Shown piece after piece: positions 25,259 to 35,249 of a stretch of DNA of 52,188 nucleotides. The notes below the pieces were generated by a model that saw only the letters and a program-made list of their open reading frames with translations, searched no databases and was not told the DNA's origin. The DNA lies in the NCBI GenBank assembly GCA_964494395.1, contig CAZBTI010000004.1, forward strand, positions 3,456-55,643. Direction: 5' to 3'. Source of the DNA: an uncultured Acidimicrobiales bacterium (GTDB taxonomy: Bacteria; Actinomycetota; Acidimicrobiia; Acidimicrobiales; SHLQ01). The position numbers and the translations under genes were made by a program. Each line of letters opens with the position of its first letter. Positions within the stretch are counted from its first letter, which is position 1.

Positions 25259-25373
25259 CCGATGATGTTTGGGGCGGTATCCGGAAACCAAAATCGGTAC
25301 TTTTACAATGATCTTTAGTTGCTTTTGGCCGACCGAATCCTTGTGAAGCATCTGGCTGAAGTATTCTGAGAGC

Positions 25374-25889
25374 ATGGTCGCTATCGATGCTCCGCCGTTT
25401 GTCGACGGCCTTGGGGAACCCTCGATTCGCCCGTACGCGAGCGAGGACCACAAATGGGCCTGCGAACTACTCGATTCGGTAGGCGGTCGATTCCGCGTTC
25501 GTCGAGGGAGAGTTATCGACACCGCGGTTCTCGCCGGCCTCATTGGGATGCGTGACGGCCACCGCAACACGCTCGTGACTATCACTCGCCACCGAAGAGA
25601 CTTCGAACTTTCGGTGATTGCGAGCAACCCGTTCGACCCAGAACTTGTACAACTCGTCATCCGCGCAGCGCTTCAATACCGTCAACCCGGAGCGAGTCGT
25701 GCATACGCGATTTGCTCGAACGCGCAATTCGGAATTCAGCGAGCTCTACAGAACGCTGACTTCCGTTTGTGTGCCACCAGGCCCGGCGCAATGGAAGCGG
25801 TCGGAAGGCGATCCCCGCACCCACTCGTCAGCCACTTCGGCGGCCTTCCCGTGCGCGACGAGATCGAATTCGATTTCCTGATCCGCTGA
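25374..25889 (+). CDS. Hypothetical protein, weakly GNAT-acetyltransferase-like
   Basis: 171 aa. IRPYASEDHKWACELL and a C-terminal ...AYAICSNAQFGIQRALQNADFRL are reminiscent of the GNAT layout, but the Q/RxxGxG/A motif is not clear. Confidence 0.35.
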   Translation: MVAIDAPPFVDGLGEPSIRPYASEDHKWACELLDSVGGRFRVRRGRVIDTAVLAGLIGMRDGHRNTLVTITRHRRDFELSVIASNPFDPELVQLVIRAALQYRQPGASRAYAICSNAQFGIQRALQNADFRLCATRPGAMEAVGRRSPHPLVSHFGGLPVRDEIEFDFLIR

Positions 25890-25892
25890 CCT

Positions 25893-26648
25893 GTGTTTCT
25901 AACCCCACGCTGGCTCGCATCTCACCTCTTCGTCTCCGTACTGGTCGCGGCGTTCATCGTTGCGGGTTTCTGGCAGATCAATCGTCTTGGGCAACGCCAA
26001 GACGTGAACGCACTCATTACTGCTCGCCTCGGCCAGATCGTCCGCCTCGACAGCGTCGCCACTGAGCCCTTCGAGGACCTCGAGTTTCGTCGAGTGCAGG
26101 TGCGGGGCAATTTCGAACCGAACTCAGAAATCCTCATCGCCAATCGAAGTCGAGAAGGCGAACCAGGCTTCTGGGTCTGGACGAACTTCGAAACCGACTC
26201 GGGAGACATTTTGGTCAACCGAGGTTTCGTCAACCGAGAGATCATCCTCGGGACAGCACAACTCGCCATCGGTGAGGACCTCGCGCCGACCGGTGGACAG
26301 GTGACCATCGAAGGGCTCATTCGCGAAGGTTTCGAACGCGGCAACCTGAGCGAGAACGGCGATCAGCTCAGCATCCCGAACCCGGAGCTGGCCACACAGA
26401 CGCTCGGCACCGACCCGATCCTCGATCCAGCGCTGTATTTGCAGCTTGAAGCCCAGGAGCCTTCGCGCTCTCAGGCCTTTCCTCAAGTCCTGCCACCTCC
26501 CGATCTGGGGGAGGGGCCTCACCTCAGCTACGCCTTCCAGTGGTTTACCTTCGCAACTATTGGCGTTATTGGCTACGGCATCTTGCTTCGTCGGATCAAG
26601 CGCGGCGATCAGACGCGAGGCGATGTTCCAGTAGCCGCGCCCGTCTAG
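25893..26648 (+). CDS. SURF1-family cytochrome oxidase assembly protein
   Basis: N-terminal TM with GFWQINRLGQRQ, and a C-terminal GPHLSYAFQWFTFATIGVIGY TM. GTG start. Confidence 0.8.
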   Translation: MFLTPRWLASHLFVSVLVAAFIVAGFWQINRLGQRQDVNALITARLGQIVRLDSVATEPFEDLEFRRVQVRGNFEPNSEILIANRSREGEPGFWVWTNFETDSGDILVNRGFVNREIILGTAQLAIGEDLAPTGGQVTIEGLIREGFERGNLSENGDQLSIPNPELATQTLGTDPILDPALYLQLEAQEPSRSQAFPQVLPPPDLGEGPHLSYAFQWFTFATIGVIGYGILLRRIKRGDQTRGDVPVAAPV

Positions 26649-26750
26649 CACGGCCGACGGCCCGGTCACGGTCCGTTGCCGAACAGCGGGGAAAACGCCA
26701 AATGCGCTGAATTTCGCGGCAGACTGTTCATTCGCGTAAGGAGATTCGAC

Positions 26751-27638
26751 ATGGCTCGATTTGGACAAGTACTCACCGCAATGATTACGCCGTTTACCAG
26801 TGACGGAGATCTCGATCTTGAGGGCGCTCAGAAGTTGGCCAAGTGGCTGGTCGAAAACGGGAACGAGGGCCTTGTCGTTGCGGGGACGACCGGGGAGAGC
26901 CCGACCATTACCCAAGCCGAACAGATCGATCTGATCAAAGCCGTCGTGGAAGCTGTCGATGTTCCCGTCATTGCCGGAACCGGGAGCAACGACACCAGAG
27001 CGGCGGTCAAAAACACTGAACTCGCAACCGCTGCCGGTGCCGATGGGCTTCTCGTCGTCTCGCCGTATTACAACCGTCCATCTCAGGCTGGCTTGCTCGC
27101 ACACTTCGAAGCCGTCGCTGGTGCCTCTGACCTGCCGATCATGCTCTACGACATCCCCGGGCGAACCGGACGCAAGATGGCGACCGACACCATTCTACAA
27201 CTCGCACAGATCTCAAACGTCGTCGCGCTGAAGGACGCTGCCGGCGATCCTGCCGAAACCTCGTTCCTCATTGCCGAAGCCGACGACGAATTCGAGGTGT
27301 ACTCCGGAGACGACGCTCTGACCCTGTCCCTTCTTGCGGTCGGTGCGGTTGGTGTTGTCGGCGTGGCAACTCACTGGGCAGCTCCGGAGATTGCAGCGAT
27401 GATCTCGGCCTTCACCAACGGTGATGTAGCCGAAGCGCGCCGCCTCAACCAGACCCTTCTCGCCTCGTGGGATATCGAGACTGGCGATTCTCGACCGAAC
27501 CCCATCCCGAGCAAGACCATGATGAGGCTCCTCGGACAACCCGGTGGCCAGTGTCGCTTGCCAATGGGCCCTGAGCCGGTCGAACTTGAAGACCTCTGCC
27601 GTAAGGTTCTGTCGAACCTTGGACGTCCAGGCTTCTAA
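26751..27638 (+). CDS. dapA: 4-hydroxy-tetrahydrodipicolinate synthase
   Basis: GQVLTAMITPF...GLVVAGTTGESPT...SPYYNRP...ALKDA (Schiff-base Lys). ATG 26751 is preceded by aaggag. Confidence 0.95.
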   Translation: MARFGQVLTAMITPFTSDGDLDLEGAQKLAKWLVENGNEGLVVAGTTGESPTITQAEQIDLIKAVVEAVDVPVIAGTGSNDTRAAVKNTELATAAGADGLLVVSPYYNRPSQAGLLAHFEAVAGASDLPIMLYDIPGRTGRKMATDTILQLAQISNVVALKDAAGDPAETSFLIAEADDEFEVYSGDDALTLSLLAVGAVGVVGVATHWAAPEIAAMISAFTNGDVAEARRLNQTLLASWDIETGDSRPNPIPSKTMMRLLGQPGGQCRLPMGPEPVELEDLCRKVLSNLGRPGF

Positions 27639-29314
27639 TGGCCGAACCGGTAGGCATCACCTTTCTCGGCGGCCTCGGAGACATCGGGCGAAACTGCGCG
27701 CTGCTCGAGACGAACGGGCGCATCGTCATCTTGGACTGCGGTCAGATGTTTGCCGACGAAACCCAGCCGGGGGTCCAGTCGATCCTGCCGGACTTCTCCT
27801 ACTTGGTCGACAAGGCTGACCGGATCGATGGTTGCGTGGTCACCCACGCCCACGAGGACCACATCGGTGGCGTCACCTTTCTTTTGGAGGCCGTCCCCGA
27901 TCTCGAACTCGACTTCTATGGCACGGCGTTCACCCTTGGCTTAGTCCGACACAAGCTGCAAGAACGCAACCTTGCCGGGCGCGCCAATCTGCATGTTCTC
28001 AACGACGGCGATACACGAAAGATCGGTCCGTTCGAGTGTGAGTTCTTGCCGGTGACCCACTCGACTCCGTCGGGCCTCATCACGGCGTTTACGACGCCAC
28101 AGGGCATCATCTTGCACTCGAGCGACTTCAAACTCGACCACACTCCTGTCGATGGCCGTATCACCGACCTCCCTCGGATCGGCGCGTTGTCACAAAGCCC
28201 GGGTATCCGTCTGCTTCTTGCAGACTCCACGAATGCAAACACGCCCGGCCAGTCCACGTCGGAATCGACGGTCGGTCCTGTGCTTCGAGGTTTGTTCCAC
28301 GAGCATCGAGACAAGCGGATCATCGTCGGCGCGTTCGCCAGCCACATTCACCGCATCCAACAGATTGCCGACGTCGCAATCGAACAGGGCCGCACCATCG
28401 TCACGCTCGGTCGCTCGATGAAGCGGAACGTGGCTCTCGCCCGCGACCTTGGCCTGCTCTCCATCCCCGACGCTCGCATTCGAGATATTGCCGACGCCGA
28501 TGATCTCGACCCGATCAAGACCTGCATCATCTCCACCGGTAGCCAGGGTGAGTTCCGCTCGGCGCTCACGTTGATGGCGCAGAACGACAGTCGGTGGATC
28601 ACCGTTGGTCCACAGGACACCGTGATCTTTAGCTCGCATCCAATTCCGGGTAACGAAGCTGCCGTTGGTCGGGTGCGTTCTGGCCTTGCACGTCAAGGCG
28701 CCTCGATTGTTCACTCGGGTCAGGTAGACGTACACACGACTGGTCATGGCACCCAGCAAGAGCTGTTGGCGTTGCACAGCGTGGCGAACCCCGAACTCTT
28801 CGTCCCCGTGCACGGTGAATATGAGCACCTCATTGGTCATGCCGATCTGGCCATGCGCCGAGGGATGGCGCCAGAGAACGTCCTGGTTGCTACCGATGGC
28901 GACCAACTGCTGCTCACCGACGATGGGATTAGCAAGAACGGTCAAGTTTCTGGCGAGTACATCTACATGGATGGCTCGGCCGAGGCACTTACCGAAGCAA
29001 TTCTTCAAGAGCGGCTTCTCATGCGCGATGCGGGTTTCGTGTCGGTCATCGCCGAAATCGATCTCGAACATCGCGAGATTGCTTTCGGACCTGTCGTGAC
29101 CTCTCGGGGCTGGGCATCGCCGAACGAACGCTTCGACCTCGAAACAGGTGCTGCGAGCGAGGCGAAGACGGCGATCGAGAAGGCGCTTCTCGAATCAGGC
29201 GACCTACGCGACATGGAACGTGTAAGCCGGCGTGCGGTTGGTAGTTACGTTGCGCAGGTCACTCGTCGCCGCCCGGTCATCGTGCCCGTCATTCGCGCCG
29301 TTCCCTCCGACTAG
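27638..29314 (+). CDS. rnj: Ribonuclease J
   Basis: 558 aa. Metallo-beta-lactamase motif VTHAHEDHIGG with beta-CASP and C-terminal domains. The ATG overlaps the dapA stop. Confidence 0.93.
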   Translation: MAEPVGITFLGGLGDIGRNCALLETNGRIVILDCGQMFADETQPGVQSILPDFSYLVDKADRIDGCVVTHAHEDHIGGVTFLLEAVPDLELDFYGTAFTLGLVRHKLQERNLAGRANLHVLNDGDTRKIGPFECEFLPVTHSTPSGLITAFTTPQGIILHSSDFKLDHTPVDGRITDLPRIGALSQSPGIRLLLADSTNANTPGQSTSESTVGPVLRGLFHEHRDKRIIVGAFASHIHRIQQIADVAIEQGRTIVTLGRSMKRNVALARDLGLLSIPDARIRDIADADDLDPIKTCIISTGSQGEFRSALTLMAQNDSRWITVGPQDTVIFSSHPIPGNEAAVGRVRSGLARQGASIVHSGQVDVHTTGHGTQQELLALHSVANPELFVPVHGEYEHLIGHADLAMRRGMAPENVLVATDGDQLLLTDDGISKNGQVSGEYIYMDGSAEALTEAILQERLLMRDAGFVSVIAEIDLEHREIAFGPVVTSRGWASPNERFDLETGAASEAKTAIEKALLESGDLRDMERVSRRAVGSYVAQVTRRRPVIVPVIRAVPSD

Positions 29315-29439
29315 TTCGGCTTCTTCGGTGGAGCGGACAACGAGGCAACTGCGCTTCGCTGTCATTTGAACGCACAGTGTGAAGTCGCGAGTTTCGGTGC
29401 GCGCGATCAGGGAGACTCTGCGCGCGAAATGCCAGACTC

Positions 29440-32229
29440 GTGTGGCTGGTGTCAACTAGTGTTGCCAACACTGTGGCAACAAAATCGAAGACTCCAAAGC
29501 AGACTCGGACGTCCACGCGTCGACCGCCGAGCACCCGGGCCAAGACCACCCGGGGACGCGCTCCAGCGAAACGGACGACCACCACCACGAAACGCAAGCC
29601 AGCATCGAGGAGCAGGGCGCAACAAAGCGTCATGAGCACCCTCGATGAGGCGTTGAATGGAGCGGGCCCCGACCTGATTGGCCTCTTCCTTCTCGGTACG
29701 GCAGTTCTCACAGCGCTCGGCATCTACACCTCGACCTCGGGAATTCTCGGTCAGGCGTTCAGCGGGGGCTTGGGCTGGCTAATGGGCGTCTTTCGCTATG
29801 TTGCTCCGCTATTCATTGCGGGCATGGGAATCGCCGTCATCCGCCGCGGCGGCGAAAACAGTCACGTCCTTCCCCCACGATTTGTCGTCGGTGGAATGGC
29901 AGCCCTCGTGTCGATGGCTGGCCTTGTGCATCTCGCGGGCGACAGCCCTGAATGGGGGAGTAGCGTTGCCGAGTTCTCTCGGGCTGGCGGGTTCATTGGC
30001 TGGATCGTAGGCGGACCGCTCCTCGCTATTGCGAGCCTCTGGGGTGCCCTTTTCATCCTGCTCGTCGTTGGCTTCGGTGGGCTCATCGTGATGACCGGGC
30101 TCTCGCTGCAGGCGTTGGTCGAAACCATGTTTACCGGCACGAAGACCGTCGTTGGCGTCGCAGCCGACGGCACTCGAAATCTCTTCGTGATCAACGACTC
30201 CTCGCGCGCATTTATCAACGACGACATCTTGAACGAAGACCCAAATGCGCCGCAGGTGCACGTCGGCGGACGTGCCGTCCCACGAGGGGCGAGCGCTCAT
30301 GAAGAGGTCGTGACCGAACTGGTGCTCGAAGCCGAGGGCAAGACGATCGAGATTCCGGTTCCACGCGAAGACGAAGAAGACGGTTCGAACAATGGCACTG
30401 AGTCGGCCGAGACAACATCGAAGTCGAGCGCTCCATTCGATCAAGATGCCAATGCGACCGAGGCCCCCACTCCGACCGTTGTCGTTCCACAACCCGCACC
30501 GCCACAGCAGCTTGAGACCGAGTTGGCTCTCACCGTCGAAGGTGACCGCGACTGGGTACTACCCCCAATGTCGATGCTCGGCCGCTCCGGATCTCAGGAT
30601 GTCGACCAAGACGCTGTAGTTGCGAGAGGCCGCACTCTTGAGCGGGCGCTCGCCGAACACGGCGTAGAGACTCGGCTCATCAACATGGTGGTCGGTCCAA
30701 CCGTGACGAGGTTCGAGCTCGAACTCGGCCTTGGCGTTAAGGTCGCAAAGGTCAAGAACCTCTCCGACGACATCGCGTATGCAATGGCCTCCAAAGACGT
30801 TCGCATCATCGCTCCGATCCCTGGCAAGCAGGCCATTGGTGTCGAAGTACCAAACGAAGAGCGCCAGATCATTGCGGTCGGTGACATTCTCAGCTCCCTA
30901 GAAGCTCAAGCAGCGAAGGGAGCCATGGAAGTTGCCATCGGACGCGATATCAACGGCAAGTCGCTCCTGGCCGATCTCTCGAAGATGCCGCACACGCTTG
31001 TTGCTGGCGCTACCGGCGCGGGCAAGTCCTCGGGCATCAACTCGATCATCACCTCGCTACTCATGCGGAACACCCCCGACGACGTTCGCATGATCCTGAT
31101 CGATCCAAAGCGCGTGGAGATGACGCAGTACGAGCGGATCCCGCACCTGCTTACCCAGCCCGTTACCGACCCGAAGAAGGCAGCGAACGCGCTGGCATGG
31201 GCAGTTCGTGAGATGGAGCGCCGCTATGAACTCCTCGAAGAATGCCGATTCCGCGATATCGGCGGTTATAACGCGGCATTCGACGATGGCAAGATCAAGG
31301 CCAAGCCGGGCCAACTCGGTCCCGATGGCGAGCCTCGTCGCTTCACCCGCCTGCCGTACATTTTGGTCGTCGTCGACGAGTTGGCCGACCTGATGATGGT
31401 GGCTGCTCGCGACGTTGAAGACTCGATCGTCCGTATTGGTCAGAAGGCTCGTGCGGTTGGAATCCATATGGTGATCGCTACCCAGCGCCCATCTGTCGAC
31501 GTCATCACCGGCTTGATCAAGGCCAACGTGCCGGCCCGCGTTGCCTACGCTGTGTCGAGCATGCAGGACAGTCGGGTGATTCTCGGGTCGCCGGGAGCTG
31601 AGCGCCTCGTCGGCAAGGGTGACTTGCTCTTTCAAGATCCGACCAGTTCTACTCCGCTGCGCCTGCAGGGTGCGTGGGTCGAAGAAGCAGAAGTCAAGAA
31701 GATCGTCAAGCACTGGCGTCAGCAGGGCGCTGATGTGGTCTCCTCCAACGAGTCCGAAGTGCTGGGCGGGGCTGATGTGAACCCCGCCCCGACTGGCGCA
31801 CCCGCTTCCACAGCAGATGCCACGTCGGATCAGGCGGGACCTCCTCCGGCCGAGGCGACCCACACGGGCGCGGGCACCGCAGCCGATAGTGCAGATGCTG
31901 CCGCAACGTCTGCGCCTGCGGTCGACTTGACGGGCATGCCGGGGATGCCGTCGTCTGCGCCTGCCGGTGCCGACGCCATCACGGCTGATCGGCCTTCCGA
32001 CGACGACGCCGATGACCTTCTTTGGCAGGCAATGGAGCTTGTTGTGAGCTCAGGGCTTGGGTCAACATCCATGCTGCAACGAAAGTTGCGAGTTGGCTTC
32101 TCCCGGGCTGGTCGCATCATGGACGAACTTGAGCAAAAGGGCATTGTCGGTCCGAGTGAAGGCTCGAAGGCTCGTGACGTGCTGCTGAGCCCAGAGCAGC
32201 TCCAGCAGTTACGCAACGGCGGCCAGTAG
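29440..32229 (+). CDS. ftsK: DNA translocase FtsK/SpoIIIE
   Basis: It has a basic N-terminus, four TM segments and a linker. The motor carries Walker A VAGATGAGKS and Walker B ILVVVDELADL. An Ala/Pro-rich linker leads to the winged-helix gamma domain (SMLQRKLRVGFSRAGRIMDELE). The exact start is uncertain. Confidence 0.93.
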   Translation: MWLVSTSVANTVATKSKTPKQTRTSTRRPPSTRAKTTRGRAPAKRTTTTTKRKPASRSRAQQSVMSTLDEALNGAGPDLIGLFLLGTAVLTALGIYTSTSGILGQAFSGGLGWLMGVFRYVAPLFIAGMGIAVIRRGGENSHVLPPRFVVGGMAALVSMAGLVHLAGDSPEWGSSVAEFSRAGGFIGWIVGGPLLAIASLWGALFILLVVGFGGLIVMTGLSLQALVETMFTGTKTVVGVAADGTRNLFVINDSSRAFINDDILNEDPNAPQVHVGGRAVPRGASAHEEVVTELVLEAEGKTIEIPVPREDEEDGSNNGTESAETTSKSSAPFDQDANATEAPTPTVVVPQPAPPQQLETELALTVEGDRDWVLPPMSMLGRSGSQDVDQDAVVARGRTLERALAEHGVETRLINMVVGPTVTRFELELGLGVKVAKVKNLSDDIAYAMASKDVRIIAPIPGKQAIGVEVPNEERQIIAVGDILSSLEAQAAKGAMEVAIGRDINGKSLLADLSKMPHTLVAGATGAGKSSGINSIITSLLMRNTPDDVRMILIDPKRVEMTQYERIPHLLTQPVTDPKKAANALAWAVREMERRYELLEECRFRDIGGYNAAFDDGKIKAKPGQLGPDGEPRRFTRLPYILVVVDELADLMMVAARDVEDSIVRIGQKARAVGIHMVIATQRPSVDVITGLIKANVPARVAYAVSSMQDSRVILGSPGAERLVGKGDLLFQDPTSSTPLRLQGAWVEEAEVKKIVKHWRQQGADVVSSNESEVLGGADVNPAPTGAPASTADATSDQAGPPPAEATHTGAGTAADSADAAATSAPAVDLTGMPGMPSSAPAGADAITADRPSDDDADDLLWQAMELVVSSGLGSTSMLQRKLRVGFSRAGRIMDELEQKGIVGPSEGSKARDVLLSPEQLQQLRNGGQ

Positions 32230-32239
32230 CCTCAGCGAT

Positions 32240-33280
32240 ATGTCACCACTTGATTTCCTCTCCGCGCCTTCGGTGCCGATCGCGATCATCGAGGTCCTCA
32301 TAGGTCTATTCCTGCTGAGCAAGGCCGCGGATCTCTTCGTCGATGGAGCAGTAGCTTGCGCCAACGCAGCGAAGCTATCCCCAGTAGTCGTCGGCGCTGT
32401 GGTCGTCGGATTCGGCACAAGCGCTCCAGAGCTCTTGGTCTCCGGCATCGCTGCGTTTACTGGAGAGTCGGTCGACAAGGAAACCGGGGAGATTACGAAC
32501 GGTCTCGACGTGGCCCTCGGCAACATCGTTGGCTCGAACGTCGCCAACATTACGCTGGTGCTCGGGGTTGCAGCGCTCGTAGTGCCGCTGTTGGTCAGCC
32601 GCGCCGTGATGGTCCGGGAGGCGCCGATCAGCCTCGCTGCTGTTTCGCTCTTTGCCTTCTTCACCATCGGTGGTCTGGCCCTCTGGGAAGGCGTTGTCAT
32701 GCTCGTCGTTCTCGTCGCCATCCTGTCCTGGATCATCTCGGGTGGCAAGGAGGATTCGGTCGAAGAGGTCGAGACAGAAGAAGGACGTTCGATAGCCCAA
32801 AGCCTCGGGATCACACTGCTCGGTCTCACGGGAACAGTGATTGGGGCTCAGCTCATGGTGTGGGGCGCAGTCGGCCTTGCCGCAGCCGTTGGCCTGAGCG
32901 GCGGCTTCGTCGGATTTACACTCATCGCCATCGGTACCTCACTACCCGAGCTGGTCACCGCCGTCGCTGCTGCTCGCAAGGGAGAGACCGAATTGATCCT
33001 CGGTAACCTGCTCGGCTCCAACATGTTCAACAGCCTCGCCGTAGGCGGAGTGATCGCCATCGTTGGAACCGGGCAGTTCAGCGACCGACTCACCGCTGAG
33101 TACGGTGTCGTGGCCATGGTCGTCGTTGCCGTCGTCACCTGGGTCTTCATGGTGACTCGACGGAAAATCACACGGCTCGAGGCAGGGATACTTCTCTCCG
33201 CGTATGTCTTTGTCGTCCTGTTGATTTCGGATCTTTCGATCGGCGAATCCATCCGGGACGCCCTGTCGTCGATCGCCTAG
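32240..33280 (+). CDS. CaCA-family calcium/sodium (cation) antiporter
   Basis: Two alpha-repeats (GTSAPELLVS...GNIVGSN and GTSLPELVTAV...GNLLGSN). About 10 TM segments. Confidence 0.85.
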   Translation: MSPLDFLSAPSVPIAIIEVLIGLFLLSKAADLFVDGAVACANAAKLSPVVVGAVVVGFGTSAPELLVSGIAAFTGESVDKETGEITNGLDVALGNIVGSNVANITLVLGVAALVVPLLVSRAVMVREAPISLAAVSLFAFFTIGGLALWEGVVMLVVLVAILSWIISGGKEDSVEEVETEEGRSIAQSLGITLLGLTGTVIGAQLMVWGAVGLAAAVGLSGGFVGFTLIAIGTSLPELVTAVAAARKGETELILGNLLGSNMFNSLAVGGVIAIVGTGQFSDRLTAEYGVVAMVVVAVVTWVFMVTRRKITRLEAGILLSAYVFVVLLISDLSIGESIRDALSSIA

Positions 33281-33338
33281 TCCGAAGCTATATGCCCAAA
33301 GGTATATAGCGGTCAGCGGTTCGGTAGCCTGTTCGCTG

Positions 33339-34610
33339 ATGGCCGAACAATATTGGATTGAAACGCTCGGCTGTCCGAAGAACGAGGTTGACTCGGACAA
33401 GCTGGTTGGAACGCTCTCCGCAGACGGTATGACCGCGGCCGAGAGTCCCGAGGCTGCGGACCTCATCGTGGTCAATACCTGTGCATTCATCGAGTCCGCC
33501 CGAGAAGAGTCGGTAGACACGATCCTGACGCTTCGAGATCGTTCCGAAGACGCTCGACTCGTCGTAACCGGCTGTATGGCCGAGCGCTATGGCGACGAAC
33601 TCGATCAGGCACTCGACGAAGTCGACACCGTTGCAGGCTTCGGTGTGCCCGTGACGCTTGGCAAGAAGTCCGGCGCCCAGCCGCTGCCGTCGTTTGATCT
33701 GCTCAACCTTCCACGTCCAGCGTCATCGCGGCCGTGGGCATACGTCAAGATCGCGGAAGGCTGCGACCGAAACTGTGGCTTCTGTGCAATCCCGACCTTC
33801 CGAGGGCCACAACGATCTCGATCCATCGAATCGATCGTCGACGAGGTGCGCTTACTCGAAGCCGAAGAGATTGTGCTCGTGGCTCAAGACCTCGCTGCCT
33901 ACGGTCGCGACCAAGGCCAGGGCGAGCGAGCGATTGTGCCACTGCTTGGACAAGTGGCCGACATGGTCGAACGCGTTCGCCTGCTCTACCTCTACCCGTC
34001 GGATCTGAACGAGCGACTCATCGAGGCGATCCTCAACACCGGCGTGCCCTACTTCGATCTCTCGCTCCAACACGTCAGCCGCCCCCTTATGCGGAGAATG
34101 CGGAGATGGGGTGACGGCGAACGCTTCCTCGAACGCATCGAGCACATTCGCACACAAGCCCCCGACGCAGCCTTTCGGTCGAACTTCATCGTTGGCTACC
34201 CAGGCGAGACAGAAGAAGACCACGACGCACTTCTCAGCTTCGTCGAAGCCGCCCAACTCGACTGGTGTGGCTTCTTTTCGTACTCGAAAGAAGAAGGAAC
34301 CTACGCAGCCGAACTCGACGGCGAGGTCGATCCTGCGCTCATGCAAGAGCGTCTGAGAGAGCTGAGCGGACTACAAGATGCAATCACTCAAAGCCGACGC
34401 GACGACCTCATCGGTGAGACCGTCGAAGTACTGGTAGATGCTCCTGGCATTGGACGCACACACCGCGAAGCCCCAGAGATCGACGGCGTGGTCCTGCTGC
34501 CCAACGATCTCGCACCAGGAAGCATCGTCGACGTTGAGGTCGCCCACGCGATCGGACCTGACCTCGTTGCCGTAGGTGCCGACGCCGATGACCTAGACGG
34601 CGCGGACTAA
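33339..34610 (+). CDS. rimO: Ribosomal protein S12 methylthiotransferase RimO (MiaB-family radical SAM)
   Basis: YWIETLGCPKNEVDSDKL UPF0004 domain, EGCDRNCGFCAIP cluster and a C-terminal TRAM domain. The rimO-pgsA-cinA order matches other actinobacteria. Confidence 0.85.
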   Translation: MAEQYWIETLGCPKNEVDSDKLVGTLSADGMTAAESPEAADLIVVNTCAFIESAREESVDTILTLRDRSEDARLVVTGCMAERYGDELDQALDEVDTVAGFGVPVTLGKKSGAQPLPSFDLLNLPRPASSRPWAYVKIAEGCDRNCGFCAIPTFRGPQRSRSIESIVDEVRLLEAEEIVLVAQDLAAYGRDQGQGERAIVPLLGQVADMVERVRLLYLYPSDLNERLIEAILNTGVPYFDLSLQHVSRPLMRRMRRWGDGERFLERIEHIRTQAPDAAFRSNFIVGYPGETEEDHDALLSFVEAAQLDWCGFFSYSKEEGTYAAELDGEVDPALMQERLRELSGLQDAITQSRRDDLIGETVEVLVDAPGIGRTHREAPEIDGVVLLPNDLAPGSIVDVEVAHAIGPDLVAVGADADDLDGAD

Positions 34611-35224
34611 TGGAGACGAGCGAGGCCCAAGAAGCCGGCGCAATGCACCATATTGGCCAGTTCCTCATCAACCCGGCCAATATGATCACCGCAGCGCGAA
34701 TCATCGCCTCGCCCGTCGCCTTCCTCTTGATTCTGTGGAATGCCGACACGGGTGGTGCATCTTGGGCGGGTTTCATCCTCGGTTGGGTGCTTGCCGTAAG
34801 CGATCTGCTCGACGGTTGGCTGGCACGCAAATACAACCTCATCAGCAGGTCCGGTGCCTTCCTCGATCCCCTCGCCGACAAGGTCGTCGTCATCGGAGCG
34901 CTGATCTGCTTTGTCGCCGTCGACCGTTTCCACTGGCTTCCCGCTGCACTCATCATCATTCGAGAGGTGGTTATCACCGGCTTCCGCAGTTATTGGGTGA
35001 AGCGGAATCGAGCAGTTCCGGCTCGCAAGTCCGGAAAGTATAAGTCGATCGTGCAAGGGCTCGCCCTTCAAGCAGCGCTGTTTCCGCCCCTGCTCGATGC
35101 CGACGGCATCGTCACGGCAATGCTTTGGTTCGCCGTAGCCTTCACGTTGTATTCGGGCGGGCGCTACCTGGCCGACGGATCCAGTGCCACACGGCTGAGC
35201 GGCAACATCGATGAACAAGTTTGA
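34610..35224 (+). CDS. pgsA: CDP-diacylglycerol--glycerol-3-phosphate 3-phosphatidyltransferase
   Basis: CDP-alcohol phosphatidyltransferase motif DLLDGWLARK...GAFLDPLADKV. The ATG overlaps the rimO stop. Confidence 0.88.
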   Translation: METSEAQEAGAMHHIGQFLINPANMITAARIIASPVAFLLILWNADTGGASWAGFILGWVLAVSDLLDGWLARKYNLISRSGAFLDPLADKVVVIGALICFVAVDRFHWLPAALIIIREVVITGFRSYWVKRNRAVPARKSGKYKSIVQGLALQAALFPPLLDADGIVTAMLWFAVAFTLYSGGRYLADGSSATRLSGNIDEQV

Positions 35225-35249
35225 GACTACGAGAACGAGAGAGTGACCA

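Noticed and set aside
26649-26750. Possible lysine riboswitch upstream of dapA
   Set aside because: The leader is only about 100 nt and shows none of the multi-stem architecture expected of an L-box. I also saw no riboswitch-like leaders before dapB or dapD.
26124-27104. 326-aa minus-strand ORF
   Set aside because: It is antisense to the well-supported SURF1 and dapA genes and I recognise no motifs. This is the typical long shadow ORF of high-GC DNA. The same reasoning applies to 28190-29071 (antisense to rnj), 31057-31863 and 29809-30492 (ftsK), 7997-8764 (SBP), 12502-13335, 14471-15076, 16968-17645 (pnp), 34607-35218 (pgsA) and 38300-38923 (dapD).
33287-33310. gctatat-N10-atatagc inverted repeat between the antiporter gene and rimO
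   Set aside because: It has only 7-bp AT-rich arms with a 10-nt loop. It is weak as a hairpin and plausible by chance.
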